A stretch of DNA of 64,000 bases from Sphyrna mokarran (GCA_024679065.1 JAGIQG010000016.1:1736001-1800000), one strand, 5' to 3'; counted from the stretch's first letter, positions 24,909 through 37,375 are shown. A program made the numbers and translations. The notes: a model not told the origin generated them from the letters alone.

Positions 24909-25340
24909 TCTGTTACACAGGAACAGGAGGAGGCCATTCAGCCCCTCGAGCCTGTTACACAGGAACAGGAGGAGGCCCCATTCAGCCCCTCGAGCCTGTT
25001 ACACTGGGACAGGAGGAGGTCCCATTCAGCCCCTCGAGCCTGTTACACTGGGACAGGAGGAGGCCATTCAGCCCCTCGAGCCTGTTACACAGGAACAGGA
25101 GGAGGCCCCATTCAGCCCCTCGAGCCTGTTACACTGGGACAGGAGGAGGTCCCATTCAGCCCCTCGAGCCTGTTACACTGGGACAGGAGGAGGTCCCATT
25201 CAGCCCCTCCAGCCTGTTACACTGGGACAGGAGGAGGTCCCATTCAGCCCCTCCAGCCTGTTACACAGGAACAGGAGGAGGCCATTCAGCCCCTCGAGCC
25301 TGTTACACTGGGACAGGAAAAGGCCATTAAGCCCTCCTCG
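24909..25340 (+). repeat. 42/44-bp minisatellite
   Basis: About 10 units, same family as 16600-16851. Confidence 0.95.
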
Positions 25341-25394
25341 AGCTTGTCTTCTGTTAGTTTGAGTAAAGCTGATTGGGAAGATGTTTAAACTTAC

Positions 25395-25757
25395 CCGCTA
25401 GTTTAATCGAGACTCCGTCTGGGTCTGAGTAGTTAAGTCCATTACTGAATTTCATTCTGAAGTGATATATTCCTTCATCATCTTGCTGTAAATTTTTTAT
25501 TTTCAATGTACAGTCTTTCTTTTGTCGCCAGCTGCCAATGAACTCTGTGCGATTCTGGAAGCGAGGGTGTGAGATGCCATGGGAAGTGATCACTTCATCC
25601 CCACCGACCTTGTCCTCATGTAACCACATCACCCTCTCAAGCTTCACATCCCAGTTCATGTGGGGATGCTGGAATGTGCAAGGAATCACCAGGCACAAAC
25701 CCTCAGCTCCAGTTATTGACTTTGGGGCCACCACACGCCATGCCTGACAAATCACAT
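25395..25757 (-). CDS. Siglec V-set domain 1 exon
   Basis: 363 nt, ttgttgtag|AT ... G|gtaagt. Encodes WRVVAPKSITGAEGLCLVIPCTF...RTEFIG...DCTLKI...DDEGIYHFRMKF..LNYS. Essential Arg codon at 25456-25458. Confidence 0.93.
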
Positions 25758-25853
25758 CTACAACAAGAACAAAGTGCATTCATATACCATTCTTGTCACT
25801 TTAAATATCATAAGGTGAATTCTATATCAACATCAAGCAACAGAATGAGATAT

Positions 25854-28800
25854 TTAATATCCCACCCAGTCTAATCCCACTCTCTCCCTCACTCCCCACA
25901 CCCTTTAATATCCCACCCAGTCTAATCCCACTCTCCCCCTCACTCCCCGCACCCTTTAATATCCCACCCAGTCTAATCCCACTCTCCCACACCCTTTAAT
26001 ATCCCACCCAGTCTAATCCCACTCTCCCCCTCACTCCCCGCACCCTTTAATATCCCACCCAGTCTAATCCCACTCTCCCCTCACTCCCCGCACCTTTAAA
26101 TCCCACAAAGTCGAGTCCCACTCTCCCCCCTCACTCCCCGCACCCTTTAATATCCCACCCAGTCTAATCCCACTCTCCCCCTCACTCCCCACACCCTTTA
26201 ATATCCCACAAAGTCGAGTCCCACTCTCTCCCTCACTCCCCGCACCCTTTAATACCCACCCAGTCTAATCCCACTCTCTCCCTCACTCCCTGCACCTTTA
26301 ATATCCCACCCAGTCTAATCCCACTCTCCCCCTCACTCCCCGCACCCTTTAATATCCCACCCAGTCTAATCCCACTCTCCCCCTCACTCCCCGCACCCTT
26401 TAATATCCCACCCAGTCTAATCCCACTCTCCCCCTCACTCCCCGCACCCTTTAATATCCCACCCAGTCTAATCCCACTCTCCCCCTCACTCCCCGCACCC
26501 TTTAATATCCCACCCAGTCTAATCCCACTCTCCCCCTCACTCCCCGCACCCTTTAATATCCCACCCAGTCTAATCCCACTCTCCCCCTCACTCCCCACAC
26601 CCTTTAATATCCCACCCAGTCTAATCCCACTCTCCCCCTCACTCCCCGCACCCTTTAATATCCCACCCAGTCTATCCCACTCTCCCCCTCACTCCCCACA
26701 CCCTTTAATATCCCACCCATCTAATCCCCTCTCCCTCACTCCCCACCCTTTAATATCCCCCCAGTCTAATCCCACTCTCCCCCTCACCCCCGCACCCTTT
26801 AATATCCCACCCAGTCTAATCCACTCTCCCCCTCACTCCCCGCACCCTTTAATATCCCACCCAGTCTAATCCCACTCTCCCCCTCACTCCCCGCACCCTT
26901 TAATATCCCACCCAGTCTAATCCCACTCTCCCCCTCACTCCCCGCACCCTTTAATATCCCACCCAGTCTAATCCCACTCTCCCCCTCACTCCCCACACCC
27001 TTTAATATCCCACCCAGTCTAATCCCACTCTCCCCCTCACTCCCCGCACCCTTTAATATCCCACCCAGTCTAATCCCACTCTCCCCTCACTCCCACACCC
27101 TTTAATATCCCACCCAGTCTAATCCCACTCTCCCCCTCACTCCCCACACCCTTTAATATCCCACCCAGTCTAATCCCACTCTCCCCCTCACTCCCCACAC
27201 CCTTTAATATCCCACCCAGTCTAATCCCACTCTCCCCCTCACTCCCCACACCCTTCAATATCTCACACAATCTAATCCCACTCTGTCTCTCACTCCCCAC
27301 ACCCTTTAATATCCCACACAGTCTAATCCCACTCTCCCCCCTCACTCCCCACACCCTTTAATATCCCACCCAGTCTAATCCCACTCTCCCCCTCACTCCC
27401 CGCACCCTTTAATATCCCACCCAGTCTAATCCCACTCTCCCCCTCACTCCCCGCACCCTTTAATATCCCACCCAGTCTAATCCCACTCTCCCCCTCACTC
27501 CCCGCACCCTTTAATATCCCACCCAGTCTAATCCCACTCTCCCCCACACCCTTTAATATCCCACCCAGTCTAATCCCACTCTCCCCCTCACTCCCCGCAC
27601 CCTTTAATATCCCACCCAGTCTAATCCCACTCTCCCCCACACCCTTTAATATCCCACCCAGTCTAATCCCACTCTCCCCCTCACTCCCCGCACCCTTTAA
27701 TATCCCACCCAGTCTAATCCCACTCTCCCCCTCACTCCCCGCACCCTTTAATATCCCACCCAGTCTAATCCCACTCTCCCCCTCACTCCCCGCACCCTTT
27801 AATATCCCACCCAGTCTAATCCCACTCTCCCCTCACCCACTCCCGTTTAATATCCCACCCAGTCTAATCCCACTCTCCCTCACTCCCCGACCCTTTAATA
27901 TCCCACCCAGTCTAATCCCACTCTCCCCTCACTCCCCGCACCCTTAATATCCACCCAGTCTAATCCCACTCTCCCCCTCACTCCCCGCACCCTTTAATAT
28001 CCACCCAGTCTAATCCCACTCTCCCCCTCACTCCCTGCACCCTTTAATATCCCACCCAGTCTAATCCCACTCCCCCCTCACTCCCGCACCCTTTAATATC
28101 CCACCCAGTCTAATCCCACTCTCCCCCTCACTCCCCGCACCCTTTAATATCCCACCCAGTCTAATCCCACTCTCCCCCTCACTCCCCGCACCCTTTAATA
28201 TCCCACCCAGTCTAATCCCACTCTCCCCCTCACTCCCCGCACCCTTTAATATCCCACCCAGTCTAATCCCACTCTCTCCCCCTCACTCCCCGCACCCTTT
28301 AATATCCCACCCAGTCTAATCCCACTCTCCCCCTCACCCCCCCGCACCCTTTAATATCCCCCCAGTCTAATCCCCTCTCCCCCTCACTCCCGCACCCTTT
28401 ATATCCCACCCAGTCTAATCCCACTCTCCCCCTCTCCCTGCACCTTTAATATCCCACCCAGTCTAATCCCACTCTTCCCCTCACTCCCCGCACCCTTTAA
28501 TATCCCACCCAGTCTAATCCCACTCTCCCCCTCACTCCCCGCACCCTTTAATATCCCACCCAGTCTAATCCCACTCTCCCCCTCACTCCCTGCACCCTTT
28601 AATATCCCACCCAGTCTAATCCCACTCTCCCCCTCACTCCCCGCACCCTTTAATATCCCACCCAGTCTAATCCCACTCTCCCCTCACTCCCCGCACCCTT
28701 TAATATCCCACCCAGTCTAATCCCACTCTCCCCTCACTCCCCGCACCCTTTAATATCCCACCCAGTCTAATCCCACTCTCCCCCTCACTCCCCACAACCC

Positions 28801-29082
28801 TTTAATATCCCACCCAGTCTAATCCCACTCTCCTCCCTCATCTCCCCCAAACCCTTTAATATCCACCCATCATCCCACTCTCTCCCTCATTCCCCCCACC
28901 CTTTAATATCCCACCCAGTCTAAGCCCACTCCCCCCTCATTCCCCACACCCTTTAATATCCCACCCAGTCTAAGCCACTCTCCCCCCTCATTCCCCACAC
29001 CCTTTAATATCCCACCCAGTCTAAGCCACTCTCCCCCCTCATTCCCCCGCACCCTTTAATATCCCACTCAGTCTAATTCCAC
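25854..29082 (+). repeat. 51-bp minisatellite (cactctccccctcactccccgcaccctttaatatcccacccagtctaatcc)n
   Basis: About 63 units, with 17-aa periodicity in the ORF track. Confidence 0.97.
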
Positions 29083-29115
29083 CGCACATAGGAGGTAAAT
29101 TAAACAGACACTTAC

Positions 29116-29161
29116 ACCAGGTATTTGACAGAAGCAGTAAGATGGAAATTAAAGCTCCCAT
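29116..29161 (-). CDS. Signal-peptide exon, MGALISILLLLSNTW (exon 29116-29171)
   Basis: Acceptor ttcttacag|tattcaagaaATG and donor T|gtaagt at 29115. The 46 coding nt end in phase 1 and join the next exon to give MGALISILLLLSNTWYVICQAW, a hydrophobic leader. Confidence 0.8.
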
Positions 29162-29415
29162 TTCTTGAATACTGTAAGAAATATGGAGATTATCAGTGGA
29201 AAAATTTACTCAGCAATTTCTGAATATTCCTCCTCACTGATTCTAATTATCCACCAATCAGATATTCCCGACCATCCCAGAAAGTTCCTTCGAGGGGATC
29301 AGGAGCCGCCATTTTGAATTGAGATGAGGAGAAAATCTCTCAGTCCAAAAGTTTGCAATCCTTGCAAAACGTTGACTCAGAAAGCTTTGAGAGGCCCTGA
29401 CACAGTTCACTAAGT

Positions 29416-30037
29416 GGTCAATGCTGAGGGAGTGCCGCACTGTCAGAGGGTCAGTGCTGAGGGAGTGCCGCACTGTCAGAGGGTCAGTGCTGAGGGAGTG
29501 CCGCACTGTCAGAGGGTCAGTGCTGAGGGAGTGCCGCACTGTCAGAGGGTCAGTGCTGAGGGAGTGCCGCACTGTCAGAGGGTCAGTGCTGAGGGAGTGC
29601 CGCACTGTCAGAGGGTCAGTGCTGAGGGAGTGCCGCACTGTCAGAGGGTCAGTGCTGAGGGAGTGCCGCACTGTCAGAGGGTCAGTACTGAGGGAGCGCC
29701 GCACTGTCAGAGGGTCAGTGCTGAGGGAGCGCCGCAGGGGTGCCCACTGTCAGAGGGTCAGTGCTGAGGGAGCGCCGCACTGTCAGAGGGTCAGTGCTGA
29801 GGGAGCGCCGCACTGTCAGAGAGTCAGTGCTGAGGGAGTGCTGCACTGTCAGAGGGTCAGTGCTGAGGGAGTGCCACACTGTCAGAAGGTCAGTGCTGAG
29901 GGAGTGCCGCACTGTCAGAGGGTCAGTGCTGAGGGAGTGCCGCACTGTCAGACGGTCAGTGCTGAGGGAGTGCTGCACTGTCAGAGGGTCAGTGCCGAGA
30001 GAGTGCCACGCTGTCAGAGGGTCAGTACTGAGGGAGT
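29416..30037 (+). repeat. 33-bp minisatellite
   Basis: About 19 units. Confidence 0.97.
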
Positions 30038-30319
30038 GATTGTGAGGAGGATTGAGTGAGAGGCAGTGATAGTGAGGATGGAGTGAGTGAGAGGAAGTGA
30101 TAATGAGAGCCATTGAGTTTGAAGCAGTGACAGTGAGGGGGGAATTGAGTGTGAGGCAGTGATAGTGAGGGGTATTGAGTGAGAGGCAATGACAGTGAGG
30201 GGGATTGAGTGTGAGGCAGTGATAGTGAGGGGAATTAAATGAAAGGCAGTGGTTGTGAGGGTGATTGTGTGTGAGGCAATGATAGTGATGGTGGATTGAG
30301 TGAGAGTCAGTGATACTGA
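30038..30319 (+). repeat. Degenerate about 30-bp tandem (attgagtgtgaggcagtgatagtgagggg)n
   Basis: About 9 imperfect units running into the gap. Confidence 0.8.
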
Positions 30320-30419
30320 NNNNNNNNNNNNNNNNNNNNNNNNNNNNNNNNNNNNNNNNNNNNNNNNNNNNNNNNNNNNNNNNNNNNNNNNNNNNNNNNN
30401 NNNNNNNNNNNNNNNNNNN
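30320..30419. other. Assembly gap (100 N, true size unknown)
   Basis: Run of N. Confidence 0.99.
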
Positions 30420-32381
30420 TGTGTGTCAGGGGTTGGAGGGAGTGAGTGTTTGTGGTTAGCATGTCGATTAAGTGGGTTTACTTTGTCCTGGACGGTGTCG
30501 AGCTTCTCAAGTGTTGTTGGAGCTGCACCCATCATCCGAGTGGGGAGTATTCCATCACACTCCTGACTTGTGTCCTTGTAGATGGTGGACAGGCTTTGGG
30601 GAGTCAGGAGGTGAGTTACTCTGCACAGGATTCCCAGCCTCTGACCTGCTCTGGGAGCTCCAGTATTTATACGGCTGGGTCCAGCTTAGTTTCTGGTCAA
30701 TGGTAACCCCCAGGACGTTGATAGTGGGGGGGTTCAGTGATGGTAACCCCCAGGATGTTGAGAGTAGGGGGGGGATTCAGTGATGGTAACCCCCAGGATG
30801 TTGATAGTGGGGGGGGGAATTCAGTGATGGTAACCCCCAGGATGTTGATAGTGGGGGGTTCCAGTGATATGGTAACCCCCAGGATGTTGATAGTGGGGGG
30901 GATTCAGTGATGGTATGGTAACCCCCAGGATGTTGATAGTGGGGGGGATTCAGTGATGGTCATGGTAACCCCCAGGATGTTGATAGTGGGGGGGATTCAG
31001 TGATGGTCAATGGTAACCCCCAGGATGTTGATAGTGGGGGGGATTCAGTGATGGTCAATGGTAACCCCCAGGATGTTGATAGTGGGGGGGGATTCAGTGA
31101 TGGTCAATGGTAACCCCCAGGATGTTGATAGTGGGGGGGGATTCAGTGATGGTAATGGTAACCCCCAGGATGTTGATAGTGGGGGGGGATTCAGTGATGG
31201 TAACCCCCAGGATGTTGATTAGTGGGGGGGATCAGGTGGTAACCCCCAGGATGTTGATAGTGGGGGGGATTCAGTGATGGTAACCCCCAGGATGTTGAAG
31301 TGGGGGGATTCAGTGATGGTAACCCCCAGGATGTTGATAGTGGGGGGGATTCAGTGATGGTAACCCCCAGGATGTTGATAGTGGGGGGAATTCAGTGATG
31401 GTAACCCCCAGGATGTTGATAGTGGGGGGGGGGATTCAGTGATGGTAACCCCCAGGATGTTGATAGTGGGGGGGGATTCAGTGATGGTAACCCCCGGATG
31501 TTGATAGTGGGGGGGGGTCAGTGAGTGATGGTAACCCCCAGGATGTTGATAGTGGGGGGGGGATTCAGTGATGGTAACCCCCAGGATGTTGATAGTGGGG
31601 GGTGTGATTCAGTGATGGTAACCCCAGGTGTTGATAGTGGGGGGGGGGATTCAGTGATGGTAACCCCCAAGGATGTGATAGTGGGGGGGGATTCAGTGAT
31701 GGTAACCCCAGGATGTTGATAGTGGGGGGGGGATCAGTGATGGTAACCCCCAGGATGTTGATAGTGGGGGGGGATTCAGTGATGGTAACCCCCAGGATGT
31801 TGATAGTGGGGGGGGTTGATTCAGTGATGGTAACCCCCAGGATGTTGATAGTGGGGGGGATTCAGTGATGGTAGAACCCCCAGGATGTTGATAGTGGGGG
31901 GGATTCAGTGATGGTGAACCCCCAGGATGTTGATAGTGGGGGGGATTCAGTGATGGTATGGAACCCCCAGGATGTTGATAGTGGGGGATTCAGTGATGGT
32001 AACCCCAGGATGTTGATAGTGGGGGGGATTCAGTGATGGTAACCCCCAGGATGTTGATAGTGGGGGGATTCAGTGATGGTAACCCCCAGGATGTTGATAG
32101 TGGGGGGGATTCAGTGATGGTAACCCCAGGATGTTGATAGTGGGGGGGATTCAGTGATGGTAACCCCCAGGATGTTGATAGTCCGGGGGGGGATTCAGTG
32201 ATGGTAACCCCCAGATGTTGATAGTCCGGGGGGGAGATTCAGTGATGGTAACCCCCAGGATGTTGATAGTCCGGGGGGTGATTCAGTGATGGTAACCCCC
32301 AGGATGTTGATAGTCCGGGGGGATTCAGTGATGGTAACCCCCAGGATGTTGATAGTGGGGGGGGAGGGGAGAATTCAGTGA
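30420..32381 (-). mobile_element. CR1/L2-group LINE fragment (30420-30700) with an about 41-bp minisatellite (30699-32381)
   Basis: Minus strand encodes LGVTIDQKL...RAGQRLGIL...VMEYSP...GAAPTTLEKLDT. The unit gtgatggtaacccccaggatgttgatagtgggggggattca occurs about 40 times. Confidence 0.9.
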
Positions 32382-32449
32382 TAGGAAGGCCACATAATAT
32401 CAAGAAACAGTTGAAGGCTGAAAAAGAAAGTGAGATAGTTCTAAAAAGG

Positions 32450-33570
32450 AAGTTACATTTAAGGATCTTATTGGAGTTCTTTGAGGATGTAACATGTGTG
32501 ATGGGTGTAAGGGAACCAGTGGATATACTATATATTGATTTTCAGAAAGCATTTGATAAGGTGCCACATCAAAGGTTATAGTGGAAAATTAAAAGCTCAT
32601 GGTGTAGGGGTAATATGTTAAGAATATAAGAACATAAGAAATAGGAGCAGGCGTAGGCCATTCGGCCCCTCGAGTCTGCCCCGCCATTCAATAAGATCAT
32701 CTGTAGTGATTCAGTTCCATTTTCCTGCTTTCTCCCCATAACACTTAATTCCTTTGTCTTGACTTGAACATATTCAGTGAGGAAGCCTCCACCACTTCAA
32801 CAGGCAGAGAATTCCAAAGATTCACCACCCTCTGAGTGAAGAAACTCCTCCACAACTCCAATCTGAACCCCCCCCCCCCCAATCTTGAGGCGGTGCCCTC
32901 TAGTCCTGCTATCTTTGTTAAACGGGAAGAGTCTCTCAACCTCTACCCTATCCATCCCCTTCATTATCTTATACATCTCTATAAGATCCCCTCTCAGTCT
33001 TCTAAGCTCCAAAGAGTACAAACCTAGCCTATTCAGTCTCTCCTCATAATCCAATGCCCTCATCTGCGGTATCAGCCTTCTCTGCACCCCCTCCAAGGCC
33101 AATATATCCTCCCTCGAATGCGGTGACCAAAACTGCACACAGTACTCCAGCCTCACCAGCACCCTATACAGCTGCAACAGAACCTTCATGTTGGCATGGA
33201 CTGAAGACTAGATAACTACTGGGAAACAGAGAGTAGGCATAAATGAATATTTTTCTGGTTGGCAGGCTGTGACGAGTGGTGTGCCACAGGGATCAGTGCT
33301 AGGACTGCAACTATTTAAAATTCTGATCAATGTTTCAGGTGAATGGGCTGAAGGTGTGATGGCTAAATGTACTAATGACACAAAGGTAAGAAAGTAAATT
33401 GTGAAGGGAATGTAAGGAAGACACAAAAAGACACAGATTGGTTAGTGAATGAACAAAGACCTAGTAAATGGAGTTTGATATGAGTGAATGTGGAATTGTT
33501 CATTTTGACGGGAAGAATAAAGAAGAAGCTCATTATTGGAATGGTGAGAGATTGAAGAGGGGATAACATG
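32450..33570. mobile_element. Decayed CR1 (+) interrupted by a CR1 3' end (-) at about 32625-33190
   Basis: DFQKAFDKVPH and GVPQGSVLG on +. [10 protein letters not shown] and FFTQRVVNLWNSLP on -. Confidence 0.85.
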
Positions 33571-34690
33571 GGGTTTACCATCACTAAATCCCCCCCACTA
33601 TCAACATCCTGGGGTTACCATCACTGAATCCCCCCCACTATCAACATCCTGGGGGTTACCATCACTGAATCCCCCCCACTATCAACATCCTGGGGGTTAC
33701 CATCGCTGAATCCCCCTCCACTATCAACATCTTGGGGGTTCCCATCACTGAATCCCCCCCCACTATCAACATCCTGGGGGTTCCCATCACTGAATCCCCC
33801 CCCCATATCAACATCCTGGGGGTTACCATCACTGAATCCCCCCCAACTATCAACATCCTGGGGTTACCATCACTGAATCCCCCCCAACTATCAACATCCT
33901 GGGGGTTACCATCACTGAATCCCCCCCACTATCAACATCCTGGGGGTTACCATCACTGAATCCCCCCCACTATCAACATCCTGGGGGTTACCATCACTGA
34001 ATCCCCCCCACTATCAACATCCTGGGGGTTACCATCACTGAATCCCCCCCACTATCAACATCCTGGGGGTTACCATCACTGAATCCCCCCACTATCAACA
34101 TCCTGGGGGTTACCATCACTGAATCCCCCCCCTATCAACATCCTGGGGGTTACCATCACTGAATCCCCCCACTATCAACATCCTGGGGGTTACCATCACT
34201 GAATCCCCCCCACTATCAACATCCTGGGGGTTACCATCACTGAATTCCCCCCCCACTATCAACATCCTGGGGGTTACCATTGACCAGAAACTGAGCTGCA
34301 CCCAGCCATATAAATACTGTGGCTCCCAGAGTAGATCAGAGGCTGGAAATCCTGTGGAGAGTAACTCACCTCCTGACTCCCCAAAGCCTGTTAACCATCT
34401 ACAAGGACACAAGTCAGGATTATGATGGAATAATCCCCACTCGCCTGGATGGGTGCGGCTCCAACAACACTCGAGAAGTTCAACATCATCCAGGATAAAT
34501 TAAACCCACTTGATCGATACGCTAACCACAAACATTCACTCCCTGCACCACTGGAGCACAGTGACAGCCATATGGACCATCTACAAGATGCACTGCAGCG
34601 ACTTACCAAGGCTCCTTAGGCAGATTACCAACACTGAATCCCCCCCCTATCAACATTCTGGGGGTTACCAACATTGAATCCCCCCCCCCC
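33569..34690 (+). mobile_element. About 41-bp minisatellite (33569-34281) plus LINE fragment, inverted relative to 30420-32381
   Basis: About 17 units of catcactgaatccccccactatcaacatcctgggggttac, then ttgaccagaaactgagctgc... Confidence 0.9.
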
Positions 34691-35574
34691 ACTGTCAAAG
34701 GAGAGGAAGGATCCTCTGAGAACCCATCCTGTCAAGACCCCTCCCACACAATGGGCTTCCATTTTGTTCTTCAAACTCCTTTGGGTTACAGGCCTCAGCT
34801 TTTCTAACTATCCCTCAGAGGACACAAGCCTTGCATTGCAGAGTCAACCCAAAGAACTTTCTCTCAACTGCTTCCAGTGTCTTCATATCCAAAAATAAGG
34901 AGACCAAAATTGCGCACACTGTTCCAGATGTGATCTCGCCAACCTCTGTACAAGTGTAGTAATGCCTCTCTTCTTTTATATTCCAGCCCCTTGGCAGTCA
35001 ATTATCACATGTCGATTACGCTGTTTCGCATGCCAGTTAATCCCATGTTGTACTTGGGTCGACAACTTATTTTTAGGTGCTGTTCCTGGCATGCCCTCCT
35101 GCACCCTCTATTGAAGGAGGGTTGATGCCCTGGCTTGATGGTAATGGTGGGGGATATATCAGGACCATGAAGTTGCAGATTGTGCTGGTGTAGAGTTCTG
35201 CTGCTGTTGATGGGCTCACAGCACCTCTTGGCCTCCCAGTCTGGAGTTGCCAGATCTGTTCAAAGTCTGCACAGTGATAGTGCCACACAACACGGAGGAG
35301 GTTATTCTCATTGTGACGGTGCGTTTATCTCCACAAGGACTGTGCGGTGATCACTCTCACCGATACCATGGTGGACAAATGCATCTGCAGCCGGCAGATT
35401 GGTAAGGAGGAGATCAAGTATGTTTTATGCCTTATTGTTTTTTTTCACCGCCGCTTGCAGATCCAGCCGAGCAGCTATATCCTTCAGGATCCGACCAGCT
35501 CAGTCTGTGGTGGTGTAACTGAGCCACTGGAAATGGGCAGTGAACACCCCCCCCACAACCCAGAGTACAATCTG

Positions 35575-36183
35575 GGTGGCACCATGGCATGATGGTTAGC
35601 ACTGCTGCCTCACAGTGCCAGGGATCTGCGACTGATTCCCGGCTTGGATCACTGTCTGTGTAGAGTCTGTACATTCTCCCTGTGTCTGCGTGGGTTTCCT
35701 CCGGGTGCTCCGGTTTCCTTCCATAATCCAAAGATGTGCAGGTTAGGTGGTTTTGCCATGCTAAGTTGCCCCTTAGTGTCAGGGAGATTAGCAAGGTTAA
35801 TATGTGGGGTTATGGAGCTAGGACCTGGGTGGGATTGTGGTCAGTGCAGACTTGATGGGCCAAATGGCCTCTATCTGCACTGTAGGGATTCTATGATTCT
35901 AGGTTAGTACTGCTGTCTCACAATGCCAGGGACCCCGGGTTCAATTCCTAGCTTGGGTCACTGTCTGTTTGCACATTCTCCTCATGTCTGTGTGGGTTTC
36001 CTCTGGGTGCTCCGGTTTCCTCTCAATTTGAAAGGCGTGCTGGATAGGGTGCATCGGCTGTACTCAATTCTCCTTCAGTGCACCCGAACTGGCACTGGAG
36101 TGTGGCGACTGGAGGGATTTTCACAGTAACTTCATTGCGGTGTCAATGTAAGCCGACTTGCGACACGAGTAAAATAAACTTTT
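35575..36183 (+). mobile_element. Two tandem HE1/V-SINE-type SINEs (35575-35900; 35903-36183)
   Basis: tRNA-like head tggttagcactgctgcctcacag...ggttcaattcc and V-domain gtctgcgtgggtttcctccgggtgctccggtttcc. Confidence 0.9.
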
Positions 36184-36754
36184 AAATCTGTGCCCTTGCC
36201 ATTCTGAGTGATTCCTCCAAATTGCTGAGGGGTTGGTATCCGCCGGGGGTGGATAGAGCAGGGGATTTATCTGTTCATCTTTGGGGTGATGCCATGGCAT
36301 GCAGGGTGGGTATTGAGGAAGTGGGCCAAGCTGACAATGCCTGGCTGTGCTTGGCTGCCAACTCTGGATCAGGAAGTAGGTAGGCACAGAAACGGGGAAT
36401 TCCTGGGAGGTTTTACTGGAAGCTTTGCACTGGTGCAAGGTGACAGTGTGCTGCAGGGAGTGAGGCTAGCGAAAACAGGAACTGTCATAAATCGCCTGAT
36501 AAAAATAGCAAGCCTGTCAGAAAGCCACAAACTGATGGAGAGATAGGACAGATCACGATTAGCTGCTGGTTAGCAGAGCGAGAGACGCAGTACATATCAT
36601 TGCTAAAAGATGTTTGTTTCCAACATTCAAATAAACATGGGGTCGGCATTGAATTACACAACAACACTGTGTGCTTCGACACTGTGGGCTTGTTTCCACA
36701 GTACCAGTAGTCTTCCAATAAGGCAAACTACCCAAGAACCTGCCCCTCAAAGAT

Positions 36755-37375
36755 AGGGAGGGCTGGAGGAGGTGACAGAGGTAGGGAGAGGTGTACAGGC
36801 TGGAGGAGGTTACACAGAGATAGTGAGGGAGTATAGTGGCTGGAGGATGTTATAGAGATAGGGAGGGGTGTAGGGCCTCGAGAGGGTTACAAAGATAGGG
36901 AGGCTGGAGGGTCTGGAGGAGATTACAGGGATAGGGAGAGGTGTGGGGACTAGAGGAGGTTTCAGAGATAGGGAGAGGTGTGGGGACTGGAGGAGGTTTC
37001 AGAGATAGGGAGAGGTGTGGGGACTGGAGGAGGTTACAGAGATAGGGAGAGGTGTGGGGACTGGAGGAGGTTACAGAGATAGGGAGAGGTGTGGTGACTG
37101 GAGGAGGTTTCAGAGATAGGGAGAGGTGTGGGAACTGGAGAAGGTTACAGAGATAGGGAGAGGTGTGGGGACTGGAGGAGGTTTCAGAGATAGGGAGAGG
37201 TATGGGGACTGGAGGAGATTACAGAGATAGGGAGAGGTGTGGGGACTGGAGGAGGTTACAGAGATAGGGAGAGGTGTGGGGACTGGAGGAGGTTTCAGAG
37301 ATAGGGAGAGGTATGGGGACTGGAGGAGATTACAGAGATAGGGAGAGGTGTGGGGACTGGAGGAGGTTACAGAGG
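36755..37375 (+). repeat. 37-bp variant of the L2-derived minisatellite
   Basis: (gggagaggtgtggggactggaggaggttacagagata)n, about 16 units. Confidence 0.93.

Larger units (their letters stand above)
1803..29171 (-). other. Siglec/CD22-like Ig-superfamily lectin gene, partial (SP-V-C2-C2-V-C2-C2-..., 3' end outside window)
   Basis: Seven exons with AG/GT boundaries, all joined in phase 1 with no stops. They give 1900 coding nt (about 633 aa) from the ATG at 29161. Siglec V-set and C2-set motifs are present. The exact orthologue cannot be assigned by eye. Confidence 0.88.

Noticed and set aside
25743-25746. Alternative V1 acceptor (tgtcag|GCA)
   Set aside because: Phase 0, incompatible with the phase-1 leader exon. 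The acceptor at 25758-25760 fits.
23604-29082. CRISPR-like appearance of regular repeats
   Set aside because: Head-to-tail units with no unique spacers and no cas genes, in a vertebrate context.
1803-29171. Assigning the symbol CD22, SIGLEC1 or MAG
   Set aside because: The motifs are shared across these families and the TM and tail are outside the window. Orthology needs phylogeny and synteny.
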